The position numbers and the translations under genes were made by a program. Under the pieces are notes generated by a model that was not told where the DNA came from, made no database searches, and was given only the letters and a program-made list of their open reading frames with translations. 64,000 nt of DNA from Ylistrum balloti (taxonomy: Eukaryota): assembly GCF_031769215.1 (NCBI RefSeq), contig NW_026782027.1:248001-312000 (forward strand), written 5' to 3'. Positions 26,701 through 41,750 of this stretch are shown here, piece by piece (positions within the stretch are counted from its first letter, which is position 1; the number at the start of each line of letters is the position of its first letter).

Positions 26701-29700
26701 TGCTACACTTAAATATACCTGGTGGTTGGGTCGTTATTAATCTTGTTCTAATGCTATCTCTCTTTACTTTTAATTTAACTAAGATTTACAAGTCAGATAC
26801 GTTTCGGAACACATGATAGTAATCGCCACGTTCTTTTTTTCACGGGTATCCGTGTAATTGTTTTTTTTCGTATTTTGCCTCCGTTGTAACGGGTTTGAAA
26901 TCAGATTCTGTGTACGTGTCAGTACGATTTCCTTTATTTCTGTAGAGATTATACATGTCGGGTGGCGCAGTGTACGTTTTCCGTGAAAAGGTAAGGGGTT
27001 TATTCCGACCGCGTGGGTTTTCTGATCGCGCGCTTACATCCGGGCCAACAAGAGTGATTAGTATAAGTTTAAATAACTTGTTTCGCAATTGTTGTAAAAC
27101 AAATAAAGTTTATATTATATAACCAAAAATATTCAGGAAAAAAAATCAAAACTTTTATAATTTTCGTTTGTTAGTAGGATTTTGAAGTAATTCAATCTGA
27201 GTTGATTTAATGCTTATGTGTATTATGTACTTGACAGACGAGGACAAAATGTTTACTCGGTTTTAATTACTGTGTACTTTTAATTGTTTGTTAGTTAATT
27301 AACGATAACGTATATGTTTTCAGGAGAATATTTATTTATTTAGTTATGTATTTGGGTTATCAAAAATCGTCACTTTAACACACTTATGCTTTAGTTGTTG
27401 GATCTTTACTAGGGTTCCCAAGCTAATTCCCTAAATATGATCTAGAGTTCAATGACATTTACTTTTATCAAGAAGAACAGGTTGAAGGTTCTTGTGCACA
27501 AGTTCGTCGTTTTCATGTACATCGACAATGTTTTATCGATTTTGTATCGATGATTTAAAATTAACGATTTTTTTTACTGATTGGAAAAGCTTTTGTTATA
27601 TAACGATGTGTTCTTTTTAATTGCGAAAGTCTTTGCTTTATCGCAAGGAATGAATTTGCGAATCTTGCTACGATTAACGTTGTATTTAACGATAGGTTAT
27701 AACAGAGTGAACATTCGTAACATTATTGAATTTACTGTTGTCTTGCAGATCAAAGCAACAAAATCAAGCATTTCGCGAATTTACAAGTTATCAGCCAATT
27801 AGAATTGTTTTTAAACTGTCTACTACGTTCAAGAGACAAATTACAATCCTAGTTTATAAAATAACATACTGCATTCATGTAATTATCGTCACATTATTAG
27901 TTGTGATGTAAAGGTTGAGCTACTAGTGCTGCCAGCATCACTCCATCTAAAAGCTGTTATTGGTCTCCCCGTAACACGTATGTTGTGAGGTTTTGAAAAT
28001 CCGAGAATCATTAAAAACCATTTGAAATTTTCTAATGTTTCCCGAGTCTTTTATCACCAGTCTGCGTGTAGGCTGAATAGAGTGAAAAACAACTATGATA
28101 CAAATATGATATTTTTAGATTGTCGACGTGTCAGTGAACTTGGTGTGATGTATATTAACTTATACACGAATACATATGGTATGATATCATGCACAAATTC
28201 AATCTTGTGTCTTTAATAATGACAAAAAAGTATAAAACTATTTTATATCTACTGTGGTGAAATAAGTAATCAGTTCTCGCACGACAGTAAGCATTAAAAT
28301 CATTGACGACATACTGATACAGTCCTAGGTAAACAGTAGAGCCTCACATTGTGGTTAACCATGATATATAACTTAGGTTTTGAGATGGTTTTCATCCATA
28401 TCACCGTCAAAAAGCTTCCATGGGTTATCAGTATGTAGTCGAAAAAATAAGAAAGATGACATGTAGTCTTTCATTATTGACTCCAACCCTTACCCCCACC
28501 CACACAATCCCACCCCAACCGACACCCCACTCAGCACACACAAACACTCACACATTCTCACCCCTACAACTTGATTACTAGATACACCACTTAAAACAAA
28601 AAAGTCAACAGCAACCTGAGTTACCATGTTGCATAAACATCTTTTTTTTTTTTAACTAAATTTCATTTTTCCTTTCGTTTTGTTTGGAGACTGGTTCGTT
28701 TTATCGTTGTAGTATCGGCCTTGTCCTTTCCCTGATATTATAAATATCCTGATCGTTTATACCTTGCTGAACCTGAAGGGAAAAGGACAAAATTAGCGTG
28801 ATATCTGGAGAGTAACAGCCGTTTTGATATTCAAAACTCTGTTCCAAATGTTACGATTCCTGTAAATAATGCTGAATGTTGACTGAAAATCTTACATTAC
28901 TGGATGATAAAAGATGGAAGGGTTAATTAAATTGACTTGTATTTTTATAGTCGTCAATGTGTCGGTCAAAAATGTTATAAGATAACTTGACGCAAATACA
29001 ATTCACGATGCCAATGCTCCTTACTGTGCCAAGTTCTTTCGTTGTAATTATCGCGATTCTTACTTTATAAACATGGAATTACTAAACTATTTATATATAA
29101 ATTTTATATCGAAAGACATCACCACCTGTATGTCTTTTATTTGTAAATCTTTGACTTGATCTACGGTCGTTATCAAGGGAGATGTTTGTTTTCAATTGCC
29201 GCATGTAAACTAAATAGCTGCTTAATTAGCTGAATAATCATGTAGATATTTCAATGTCAAATCACAATAGTGAATTAAGAAAACTGTCATGGAATATTCC
29301 TGATTAAACCTAAATTAATAGTATATTGTAAAAGACAATTAATTCAGAAATATACATTAAGTAGTACATACATTGTCCTTTGTAGGAGTTGCCATGTAAA
29401 TCTTTTGTACATATTTTACCCTAGTTTTATAGGAATTGTGTTTGGATTATGAATATGTTGACATGCTGTTATTTTCTTGATGTTTATTAAAGCTTTCAGA
29501 GCAGAAAACATTACCATTATACCCATCTGGCTAAACACTTGCCGCCAATATTAAGCCTTAAGATCAGAGGCAATTCGTACAAAGTTGTAACGACCATTCT
29601 GTTCTGATTGTGCATGCAGAATACGTGATTAGGACTAGAACAGCAAAGTAAAAAGCGACAAACTGATTAATATTTATTTTTACCAATTTTGTATATACAT

Positions 29701-30902
29701 ATGATAAACAAAGTCAACATTACTAACACTACATTATACATCTTAGATCAATATAAAAAGATCAAACACACAAAATGGAAGACATCTGCGTTTATGATCA
29801 TTTCTGCATATTGATAACGGATTTAATTGAACTAAAATGATTAAATCAAAACTTTTAATGATATTCGTTTCCTTTGTTTTAGACATAGTAAACTGCATTG
29901 TAAGAAAAGTTTTACATTTATGAAGCTGAAATAAAACATCAATGAAAAAAACATTATTCGCTGTCCTGCCTGTAGCACCGATTCATCAACACCTTTCAGT
30001 ATTAAAGAAATGACAAGAACATAAAACATTGGAAAGGATGAAATAAACAAATTGAACAATGAAGAAAAGGACCAAGTTAATTAGAGGAAGAATTATGATA
30101 TACGACCTTCAGTTCTGTACACAAGGAAAGGAGATAGCAATGTGTAACGAGAACGATCAAAGAGTATTCACAGGCATTCCTCACTTGTAAGCAAAGGAAG
30201 AAAACTGTCGTTAGTGGTTCAGTAATTATATTTTGAAATTAATTGTTTGAAATTCTGTTTTTGATAACATCAACACATTAGACCAAGGTAAAACACAAAC
30301 AACATTCCGCACTTGTTGAGTCATAAGAGCCATTTAGTCTGAAAAGGTAAAGGATTTCATGTTTTTAGAATTGTATGCTTGTGTGAGGAATTAGTTCTGA
30401 AAATTTGCCAACATTTATTGTAATTTCCTTTTTATCAAAGAATATTTAATGTATGGATACATGAAGTTGTTATTATATTTGAATTTATGACGTTATCATA
30501 AAAATAGAAGTTAAAGTAAATAATTTATGTGTTTAAGGTGATTATTTGTACCAGATTGCCTTGGCATCTGTGTATTTTCGATATCCTTACTACATTACAC
30601 TGCAGATTTATACACTTTTCTTCAAAGACAAGGATTTTGTTGTTACTTTATTCGCCAATAGAACATATTAATTAAATACCTTGAACGTACAGCGTACAGG
30701 TAATTAATATCTCGCTCGTTGCGATTCAATTTTTATTTCTGGCATCATACAGCTCAACAAAAGTAGGACCGCGCTTTAATTCTGTATATAGATCCACTAA
30801 GGAATCGGACTGTCTAATTATAATTTCACTCCATCGATCTCTGTAAACAGTGGTACAATCGCGATGGTAACTTAATTACATTTGCTTTGAAGAGCATTGT
30901 TT

Positions 30903-31114
30903 GGTGAAACTATGCAACTATTCATGGGGTTCAATTTTCCTTTTTTTTAAAAACAACTACTATTTCGTGGACGCTTGATTTCGTTGTTACATATAGCTCA
31001 ACAAATCTACTAATGCCTGCATTAACAGTTAGTGAACATATGCATTCGTTGATCAAGAGTACCCACCAAATCCATGAAAATAAATCCCCCTAGAAAATTA
31101 ACGATTTCTCCACA
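30903..31114. mobile_element. Degenerate MITE copy (same family as 31465-31697)
   Basis: Collinear similarity with 31465-31697 (TATTTCGTGG...TTGATCAAGAGT...GAAAATAA...GAAAATTAA). Confidence 0.55.
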
Positions 31115-31464
31115 AGTCCACGTGGTCAAAAGTAAACATAGTATGTACCAGGGTTGCTGCTTTGATCAAGGTATTTAAAAGCTTGGAGCATAGATACTTG
31201 TAAGTTGTAAGCAATAAGTGTAATTATACTTAATTCATGCAACGCATCCGAGGTTTGAAATAGAGAAGGGGATACATATAGTTGGAAACGAAATAGCGTG
31301 TACGAACACACCTCTTTATTGAAAGTAGGTATGTTGAAATTATGAACATATAGCGATTATAATTTGTAACCGACAGAACGAGTTATAGTTAAAATGTACA
31401 ATTTGGTACAAATCGGTTATTTCATCATTGAAACAATCACAGCTTTTGTTAAGACAATCAGCAA

Positions 31465-31697
31465 TACTGTAAAATCTTATATTTTCGTGGTGCTCAAATT
31501 TCGCAGCTTTCCCTAAATACTCATTTTCGTTGTCAATTGATCTCGTGGATAAATCTTCCCCGCAAAATCCACTAGTGCTATAATCAATGTCGACTTTTAT
31601 CTGTTAATCAATTCACGGACACATTAAATCATTGATCAAGAGTGCCAACGAAATGAACGAAAATAACTTTCCCACGAAAATTAATTATTTTTCAGTT
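31465..31697. mobile_element. MITE with ~27-bp imperfect terminal inverted repeats
   Basis: The 5' end TACTGTAAAATCTTATATTTTCGTGG matches the reverse complement of the 3' end CCACGAAAATTAATTATTTTTCAGTT. Related termini occur near 19360-19445 and 22650-22680. Confidence 0.7.
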
Positions 31698-32699
31698 TGC
31701 AATGGAAGGGTATTTCCTACGTCATATGTATTTTATCCGATGAAGATCGAGATATCAAGTTACATGTGAATGAGTTACCATACCATTTTGAGTTGTACAT
31801 TGATATCATTTAAGTATCTATTTCTGTTCTGTAATTTAACTTTTTCAGAGGAATTCTTGGATAAAATCAATATGATTCGTATCCAATGCCATATCTTAGT
31901 CAGTGATCATGAGGTACTAAAGCGTGGGAGGGGTTTAAAGCAGCATGAATCCGCGTTGTTTTTCCTGAAATCAATTCGGCTCCAAAATAAACCCTGGTGT
32001 GGAGGTAGCAATAAGACAGCAATCGTAACTTCTCAATCGAGCCAAAACAAATATTTGTCTGTTACGTCAGATGACTTCAGATTTACAAGTTTTATTATTA
32101 AACTGTGTGATGATAAGATTCTCTTGTGACCTTTCAGTAAAATAGATGTTCTTAAAGCATTATTGACTTGAAAAGTGTAGACATTTCAAATTATCTATTT
32201 TTTTGGAAATTACGATGAATTCTGATAATATAATTACAGCTCAGGAAACAATAAATTTACATTGAATTATCAACATTTCAGCCTACGCTTTTATGTTCCA
32301 ATAGAACTTGTTATAGATCGATTTGAATGTAATCCATATATTAAAACTGCCCTTGCCACAACTTCGTCACATCATACCCAATGACACCGTTCCCCTCGTT
32401 AATGTTATTGTGAAAAAGGTTTAGAAAAATGTATAGCTGAATGTTTAAAGTAAGATAAACGCAGTCATGAGTTTCACAAAGTTTAACATAATTATTTTAT
32501 TCCTGAGGTAACATAATAAAGATGTTGTATCAAGTAAGCTGGGAAATCAGGTTAAATAGTTTGTCTTTATAATTTGAATGGCTTATTCACGTAGTGTTGA
32601 ATTAAATTAGGATAAAAACCTAGAAAACCAGCGAACTAGAGCGACCACGTGTTTTCATGATACAATGATACCTCACGTATTGATGATAGGACAAACGGG

Positions 32700-33300
32700 A
32701 ACAGATGTCTTCTGCTACTACTGTGTTGGTTTACTACATCTGCGGAGTTCAAAGGTCACGCAATATATGTGAAATATATCTGATGATGCTTCGCTATCTG
32801 TCAATCAAAACAGATATTCGAGAGAGTGCGTATGTGTGATATGCAGAACACTGGGAACCTGGCTTTCAAATTTACTAGAGCAAAGAGAGAACATGTTTGT
32901 AGGGAACTAGTAACGAAACGCCGCCTCCATTACTCCTTCCCGTCAACTGCAACACCTGACGATGCAGGGTTGATAATGGGCTCAGCGAAGGAATGAGGCA
33001 ACATATCCGATACAATTGTTTGTGTTTTATTGGCCTTGAACCACAGCAAGATCAGCATCTAGGTACATTTCTTTTACAACGGCTGATAATATGATGCTTG
33101 GGGTAATCCACACCGAGTAGTTAGCAATGAAGAGAAAATCCTCCATCGTATTTTCACTGTAGCAGTGAAAGAAATGTTCTCGATGTATACTCTAGAATGA
33201 ATTTGAATCCGAGTGGTTTAATTGCACAAGGCGTGATAGGTACATCACCTGGGCATTTTGGTGCTGCTCCACTGCACATGTTTACGTTACGTGCTGTCGA
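32700..33300 (-). mobile_element. Decayed non-LTR (LINE) reverse-transcriptase fragment
   Basis: Stitching minus frames gives VKIRWRIFSSLLTTRCGLPQAS / ILSAVVKEMYLD (resembling GLPQGSILSP.LFN.Y.D), CIGYVA (decayed YADD), IINPAS (INP.KT) and SLEYL (FKYLG), in the expected order. Many stops. Confidence 0.5.
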
Positions 33301-35597
33301 ACTCCAATACTTGTTAGCAAAGCGGATATAACTGCCGGAACTGATATTAGATATAACGTAAAAACAAACACTATATTTGATATTTATAACGCGGCAATTA
33401 GAGAACTGAGGGAGTCGTTTAGTTATTGAATTGTCGTAATTGAAACTTAATATTGAATTTGATATATTCTAAAACCAATCCTACGTTTCACTTCCCATTA
33501 CAGAATAACGTTTTCATTAAATAAGGGGGGATGCTTATCTGTTTTGCTTCAGTCTTTTTTCTGCATTTGAGAAAACAATCCTTCTCCACCTTTTTGAAAA
33601 CTGTATAAGAAAAGTGGTAAATACGTAATATACAAATTGGATCTAAGTCATTATTTGCATTCAAACACGTGCAAGAAAATGGTTTTGATCATTCCACTTT
33701 TACGGATATCCATCCTTCAGCATATGGCAACCTCCATGATTGAAATATAGGTATTTAACTTTTGCTCTGCAACGATGAACACATACTATAACCTTTGTCG
33801 ATTACTTTGATGGTAACATCGAATACACCAGTTTATACATACTCGTACCTAATTTGTGTGATTAGGGCAAACTGTTTTGTATGGAATCAGATATGTCGTC
33901 CGACTAATTCGTATATCATTTTAGTTATACTGTTATAAAACAGTTAAAAAGCAAAGTCGCCTTGATAGCCATTCCATTATTATTTGATCGAATTACTTTG
34001 ATATTCGTATAAAATGAAATCATTATTGAAATCAAGAAATTAAAGGTTAACATATAACACATACGATGAGTTGAGAACATCAACATATTTGAATTGCACA
34101 TCAATTTGCAAGAAACAGAGAACAGGATTATCGTGTATGCAAATGGAAAAATAATATAACATTTTTCTGAATTTGCATATTATTAACTCATTCATTACAA
34201 ATAAAACGTTTTATATTTTTATTAACAAACACATTTGTTAGATATGGAACAAATAAAATCGTGTGACGTTGTCTTTTAAATGTTTGAAGTACATTGCAAT
34301 ATTATAAACATAAGAGAATAGATGTGTAGAAAATGTCAATACTATGCAATCATGTTTTTTTGGGAGTCAATATCTTGATATTTCAGAACGTGTATTTCAT
34401 AGGTACATAATTACCTGGATACAAAACACCACAAAAAAAGAACAATAAAAAATTTAAAAAAAAAACTAGTACTAAGAAATCATGTCGGATTGAAATACAA
34501 TTTCCTGATTCTTGAACATCCGTAACTTTAGAGTGCCCTTAAAACAAATGAAAATAAATTTTCTAAAGTTAATTATTTATACAGTATTTGATACACCTCT
34601 CTCTTTCTTAAAGGTATACACATCATTAGCAGAATAACTTATTCGAAATGGCATCAACCATGAATTGTAGGGCACTTGTAAATTAAAACCAAAACTACAG
34701 ATTGAATAGTCTTCTAACCATTACATCAAGACACGGTCTATTGAAAGCAAGCTGCCCAACTCTCGATAGATAGATATGGGATACGTATTAATATAATGTA
34801 CCAGCTGTAGGCCTGTGTCAATGGTATCTCGCGTAAGCTCTTATTTGTAATAACAGTAAAACAGGTTTGAATTAATGCCAGTTGTGCTTCCTAGCAAACC
34901 ACATCTGGTATATTATGATTATTAGGTTCTCCAATAATAAAATGTCACATACATTATATTAAACTTAATGACTAATATATGTGTGTATATGTATGTATTT
35001 CGCTTCTATGAGGAAAATATACGTATGTAGATATCAGCTAATATACATTCTGTATGTATAATATAATTATAATGCACATCTGGTATACTCTTCCAGCAAT
35101 ATATTAATATTATAATAATGTCATACGTTATGTTACATACCTTAACTTTTATATTATACCGTACACATTAGCATTAACTCATGGAGTGATAATAATGATA
35201 TGAAAAAATAGTTTATTGATGTCAAGAATGTCAGTTACTATACGTAAGTGTTAAGGATCAAAACAGCTTTTCTTGATTGATATATTTTTTTAATTGATGT
35301 ACAATTTGTGTTAATTCAATTTTTATGACAAAGATTATATCGATTTCCCGGATAAGATTACACTAAGTGACCGTTATAGGTAACTACAAAAAGTACATAA
35401 TGATCATGTAAAGTCAAGGTAAAGATAAGGATAACCATGTAATACCGTCCCAGGGGTTTTTGATCTTAAATACTTAATCTTGTAATACGTTTGGTCCTTT
35501 AAAAGGAAACAAATTTCTAAACATTTCATGCAAATCCTAAATAAAAAAGAAGTTTTACAATATCACTTTATGATTAGATTAAAAATGGCGTGTCTTA

Positions 35598-35893
35598 TTT
35601 TGGTGATGTATACTCAGGAGAATGTAAAAAAAATACAATTTGTCATGCTTTAAAAAAAAGTAGATTATTAAGCAACAGCTGTACGGACAGCTACTATCCA
35701 AACGCCTGTGTGCCATGTAAACTATTTGTACATCCAGATTACAAATGATGTTTCTTTTTTGGTGATGTATACTTATTTATATTCAGGAGAATGTACAAAA
35801 AAATAAAATTTGTCATGCAAACTTTTAAAAAATACAAAATTAAGCAACAGCTGTACGGACAGTTACTATCATGTGTGCCATGTAAACTATTGG
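35598..35893. repeat. Imperfect direct tandem duplication (~135 bp; copies 35598-35730 and 35757-35893)
   Basis: Both copies share TTTTGGTGATGTATACT..CAGGAGAATGTA..ATTTGTCATGC..TTAAGCAACAGCTGTACGGACAG.TACTATC..TGTGTGCCATGTAAACTATT. Confidence 0.92.
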
Positions 35894-38800
35894 TATTTTC
35901 ACGCCATGAACCACCTTGTTCCATGAACCTTTGAGTTAGCTGTTAAAAGTTTTTAAAAAATGCTAACAGCGCTTACTCTTAGACGTGTCTATAACTCCTA
36001 TCCGTCCACTGTTCATTCAATTGATCTCATTTCAAACGAAACATTGGCTACGGTGAGCCTGTACTTCCGCATCAACGTAAAACGAACATGCTGTTACGAG
36101 ATAATATGATTTAACCTTGGGAACATGTTTCAAGGACAATATCAACAATATGGTCAATATTGAGAGAGAAAATTGACCCATCCATGTAAATAGTGGCAAT
36201 GAAACATATTGCAGTAGCATTTTACTGTTTTAATTTAACATTAAGATATATGTGGAACCTTATGGTTTCGTGTATGTAGACGAGGAATGCGCCTGTTATC
36301 TTGTAAAGGAAATGTAAGAGCTCGGCAGATAATGCTTGTGTTGGTACCATGGACGATCAATAGCATTTATGCCGTGCTTTTGTTGGCAATGTTTCATGTC
36401 CGTGTGAGGTAGCTGGTGGGGAACCCGGTATATCTTGGCGGTAATAGAAACAAAAGCCGACCACGTTGATCCTGGATGAGCAGATTGTCTCTGCTCTATT
36501 TCGTTCGAATATATATCGCATTTAATCGCTACACATTATCTGCAGATAATTCCCGTTTTCCTTGCATTGATTCACACTCTCTGATACCTTGTGTTATATT
36601 GCTGAGGATTTACACGTACCTTTGTACTTACATGTAAATGCTTATTTTTGTTTCGATATCTTCCATCTTAGGAAAAAACACACGGTTTCTTTCGTACCAT
36701 CTAGACACCACAACCTTAAAATTTCTGCTATATATGTGTATATATATTGTATATATATATCATTTGAAATTCTATGGTAAAGACAGAATATATTGTTATG
36801 GTAAATAATCACGCACATAATATAAATAACTATTAGCAGCGTGAAAACTTACGGATTAGTAGAGCAAATTAAGATAATGTTTTAATCACTTACCATTGCG
36901 TCATTATTGAATTTATAGTGATATTTTGTCCATGCTATGAGCAAATGATTGATTCACGGAAAATAACCTACACGTGTTTTACGACGTAATGGATTTTTAA
37001 TGAAAGCGTGGCGAGATTACGAATCTTGGATATGTTATGTTAACGTTGGTAAAACACATTTTTGGTAAGGTTTTACGAATAGTTATTTACGTTGGTCAGA
37101 TGTCTATGTGTTACACCTGCTATGGAAACACATTTCAGAAAGAATTTTGATATCCTTGTGTCATCATTCGGGTATAGCTATACTTCAGTATCTCTAATTA
37201 AAATACTTTTGTGAAATAATGATGCTGTTTGACGTCTTGCTTCTTCCATAAAATACCATGAATGTGATCAAAACATAAATGTCAATATTACATTACGGAT
37301 GATTCATTACATCATCAACATTGTCAGGTTATATTTGGAAAGACATTTTGAACTTGTTTTCGTCATAGCATAAGAACAATAAACATAAATCCTAGAACAT
37401 CCGCGTACGTGACAAACCTTCAAACTTCAAGAACAGTAGACACAATAAAACATTTTAGAAAAAAATAATACATTTCTGTATTCAGTTTATTGTTATCGTA
37501 GAACAACGAATGCTACATATAAACGATGGTGTCATGACATAAATATTTAAAATGTATGTTCTACGTATCTGCAAATACGGCCCGTTTATGTGTTATTGCA
37601 GAAAGTAACAAATGGAAAGCATTATTTTCCATTTTGTCATCGTTTGGAACTTTCCATTTTCTGTTATTTTAATATAATGTACATGGTAGAAATTTTTTTG
37701 TGTAAGTAGTAAATATGCACACACAAAAAGTTCATGTATATTATGAAGAACCTAAACAATAATTGAATGCTAATAGATAATATAATTTCAAATTTTTACC
37801 GCTATTTATTTTCTTTTGTCATCAATATTTCAAATTGTATTTCTGATATCGATTATTTCAGAAAAGCGTGTTATCATATTTGGATTAAACAAAATGTTAC
37901 CAAGGACAATCAGATATTCTTTGTAGTTTTGGATTTACTAAAGTTAGCTATCTTAATAATAATGCATTTATACATACTTTCTTGTATATACATATTTACT
38001 GTCATTCTTTATCGAAGACAATACACGTTACGCTGCAAAAGCTTGTTGCCGACTTTGACATCAAGGACATATGAAGTCAAAATCACACGTTACCGATTTC
38101 CACACATTTGGACGAAGTAATGAAAAACGTGATTGATAATATCTTTGTATGCAAAATGTTTTATACCCCGGTTGTAGAATACTTAGAGATATTAGTAATC
38201 ATATACTTTGAAATTTACGTGTCACCGTCAGCGATATTTAAAGAAAAAATGTTACATTTGGTTAAAAACCAATCTTACGTATCAGGTTCCTAATACACTT
38301 TGATATTTTGAATCCACGTATTATTATCTTGTTTACAAACATGGCTTTTTATATTACACAAAATCACGAATGCTATCGAGTTTTCGCTGAAATGCTGTAT
38401 ATATTTCAACAATTTTCTTAATTTCAAATTTGATAGAAGGTAAGATAATAATTACAAGGACAATCCTTAGATCTCACAATAACCTTTAAACTTCCATGAA
38501 ACAGCTAAAAAAGCTCATTTAACAATAAAAGTATTGCATGCTTTGCAGTACTTTAATTTTCATTTGTTTGTTTAATGAAAATAGCTTAGAAACAACATCT
38601 ACGAATCAGTACCGCTATTGATCTCGCTTTTATGCGAAATTAAGGTTAAACGAGAGTTACGAAATCAGAAACAAAAATATGTTTCACGTGAAATTAATCT
38701 TTCAAGATATATTAAAGATGGGCTAACACTATGAACATAATTTAAATAATATAAAGAACACCATCATAACCGTATAAATATGCATTAACACACTATCTAT

Positions 38801-40469
38801 ATGATAGGTATGCGCTCCAACTGATATGCAATACTTTGTTGAATAATTGAAAACTGAGAATATGACTGTTCATGATAAAAAAGAAATTTGATAAATCCAT
38901 CAAAGTCATGTTTACATTAGGGTTAAGTACAAGTTGAGTACATCTATTTATAGAGTAATATCAATAATGTATTATGTTTATTTCAAACTCTTTGGTGTCA
39001 CGAAATAGTGAAGTTTCCATTATCTATTTCCATCTGTTTTAATTCATGGCAAATTGCGACTCGGATCAGAATAAACACATGTACTTTACTTGGTTTTTTT
39101 CTAAATTACCATATATATGAAAATCACAGAATTTGTTTAATTAGAGGCCTAGTGTATCTCCCTATCTAGGTTTTGAACTTTCATTTCACCCTCATATGCC
39201 CCGTTTCCTTCAAAATCTAGGTCTTTAGCATCACTGACGAGTCCTAGAAAGAGGATCACTGTTTGGCTATACGGTATCTAACCTTGAATTTGGTTATAAA
39301 GGTGCTATTCATTTGTATGTTTTTGTATTATCTTTGAAATTTGAACATAAGTGCTTTATTCAATTTGCTAACTGAAGAGTCGAAGAAGGACGAAACAGCT
39401 ATGTGATACAGTCGAGTCATTGCTTGACTCTGCTGTATCCAATTCTGAATTTGTATTGAACGGTGCTATTCACTTGTGCAATCTGTCATATCCCTATGTA
39501 CATCCAGTTCTTTAAGCTTATGTTTTAGCACATTTGTTATCCCGTATCTAGATATTATAATTTACAACGTTATAAAATGTATAATAATGTAATTATTCAC
39601 TTGAAGTTCACATGACTGGTCATTTCCGCATACTGAAACCTGAAGCTTTAGATATCAATCAGATATGATACTCAACGGAGAATTTTGACATACCCAACAC
39701 AGATAAGACATTTATAAATATATTGTGTTGTGTTAATTTATAAGTGTATGCTCGTCTTTAAGATACATCTAGGTAAATACTAATTCATTTCTTTATCATG
39801 TGTTTTATTTATGGATAAATGTTGTAGATTAAAATTTGAAAATCACGAGGCATTTTCATTTGATGTCCTGATTAATGAGATGAAATATGTTTCAAGACAT
39901 TCTTGTCGGTGTATTGTTTGTAAGTTTATATATTCACATCCAGGTGACAAGTATAAATGAATGTGTCTTTTAAATGGACCAAATAAATAACATTCATTTC
40001 TTATTAGAAGTGTTCCGCAAAAATTGTATGACTGCCAGCTTTTTCAGTCGTGCTTAATATTGTATATACACCAGCACTTTTATATCATGGAAGCAACGAT
40101 TTTTCACTTGTGAATCTTAACATCGCTAACAATAGACAAAAATATCATACGTATTTGATATTTAAATATTGCCGAAAATAGAATAGAAATTCACTAAATT
40201 AAAAGATGTCACTGTAAGTTCATAGCATATATACACAACCGCATATAAAGTAGCCCATGCACTTATCTACTTTAGCGTCGTAATAAAATGCTCTAAATTT
40301 TAAATGCTTTTAGTTGAATATATTTCACGAATATATTTTCATTTCTTTCATTCAATTTTATGATCGAATTATTATGTCCACAGATTTCAAGTTCCTTAAT
40401 ATGGGTAGAATTGATTGTTTCATTGTTTATATATTCAAATTCTTTGGTTCCTTTAAATCGATGATGGAC

Positions 40470-40960
40470 CATAAAACAACAAGGAAATACCAACATGCCA
40501 GTATAATCCTAACCAAATCTCAAATTCACTAAAAGTAGGGCAAAATATGAACAACAAAAATATTGACCCGATGACTCCCTAAAATGTACAAGAAGAATAA
40601 AACTGTGTTCCAGAAGAGTAAGCGTCATATGCTTCATCGACGACACCCGCCATGTAAATCTTGGGCAATCCGAGTAAGTAATGCCACGTTCTCAAATGAA
40701 AACAAAGTATATGTCAACGGAACCAACAGGAAAACTTATGAGCATCATAGATGTCCAACTTTGTATCACACAGAGAAATATATTTTTCACAATGATATCA
40801 CTATGACGACCGTAAGATATGAATTGACTTCCTAAAATCTAACCCCCCTCCTTAACAAGCTTATAACATGACTACTGATGACACCTACACACACGTTCGC
40901 AGAAAACCCAATATAAGTATTCCAAAGTCTTGTTGGTGGCATGCAAACATGTGTTTTCTT
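40470..40960 (-). mobile_element. Penelope-like element 3' remnant
   Basis: The minus frame SYGRHSDII resembles FYGRHHDLV. It is followed by the same 3' sequence seen at 16076, 45010 and 48380. Confidence 0.6.
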
Positions 40961-41659
40961 CGAACTTCATTTTAGATTTGATGTTGCCCTTGTGCGAGGT
41001 AAATTTCACTCATTTTAGTGTCAAATAACTACCCTTTATGAAGGCAGTAGCTTAAGTGTTAGTGTCATCGGCAATAGTGTGATAAGCTTGTGGAACAACG
41101 CGGTCCAATTTTGACAGGTCAATTCATATTGAATGGTAGTCATACGGATGCGAAGAGTAACATTCAACAATACTCTGAATTTTTGTACTTATGTGTGGTG
41201 GTGTCATTGGTGTGAGTCAGAATAAATATGAACAACGGCTGCACTTGTGTTTTTATTGTATAACAGTTAACAATCGATGTGCGTTCATACATTTACTCGG
41301 ATTTTTATATAGTGATATCTGAAAACTGTTTGAGGACATGTGGTTGTACATTAAAGTTTAAAAATACATTGATGATTTTTAAAGAGATAAGGGAGAGGGG
41401 GATATCATGTGTTTTAACAATAAAACAATAAATATGGATGTTACGATTTCTCTATTTACATTTATACCGCTCAAAGGTGATTAGTTCACATCATTGACAA
41501 ACATAACGACAACCCTATTATCAAAATATTTAAATGTTACATCATTATGCGAATGTTAAGACCATATATGTGTGACAAAACCTAGCGTGAAAACAATCTC
41601 ATTAATGCAAGCCTTTGTATATTGTTCAAAATCGGAGAAAATTGAAGTATTTAGGCGGG

Positions 41660-41750
41660 AGGTGCGTGATCTACTGATATTGTGGAGTGTCTTGTTCCTC
41701 AAGTTCACGCCAGCGGGCCTCACTTGAAACCTCTAACCGCCGTACTTAAA
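41660..41750 (-). mobile_element. Possible tRNA-derived SINE remnant
   Basis: The minus strand has B-box-like GGTTTCAAGTG and GTGAACTTGAGGAACAAGACACT, resembling the GTGTCCTTGAGCAAGACACT core of many animal SINEs. Confidence 0.25.

Noticed and set aside
33090-33115. YDAWGN peptide as an RHS/YD-repeat toxin fragment
   Set aside because: It is a single short match flanked by stops, and the opposite strand explains the region better as a LINE RT remnant.
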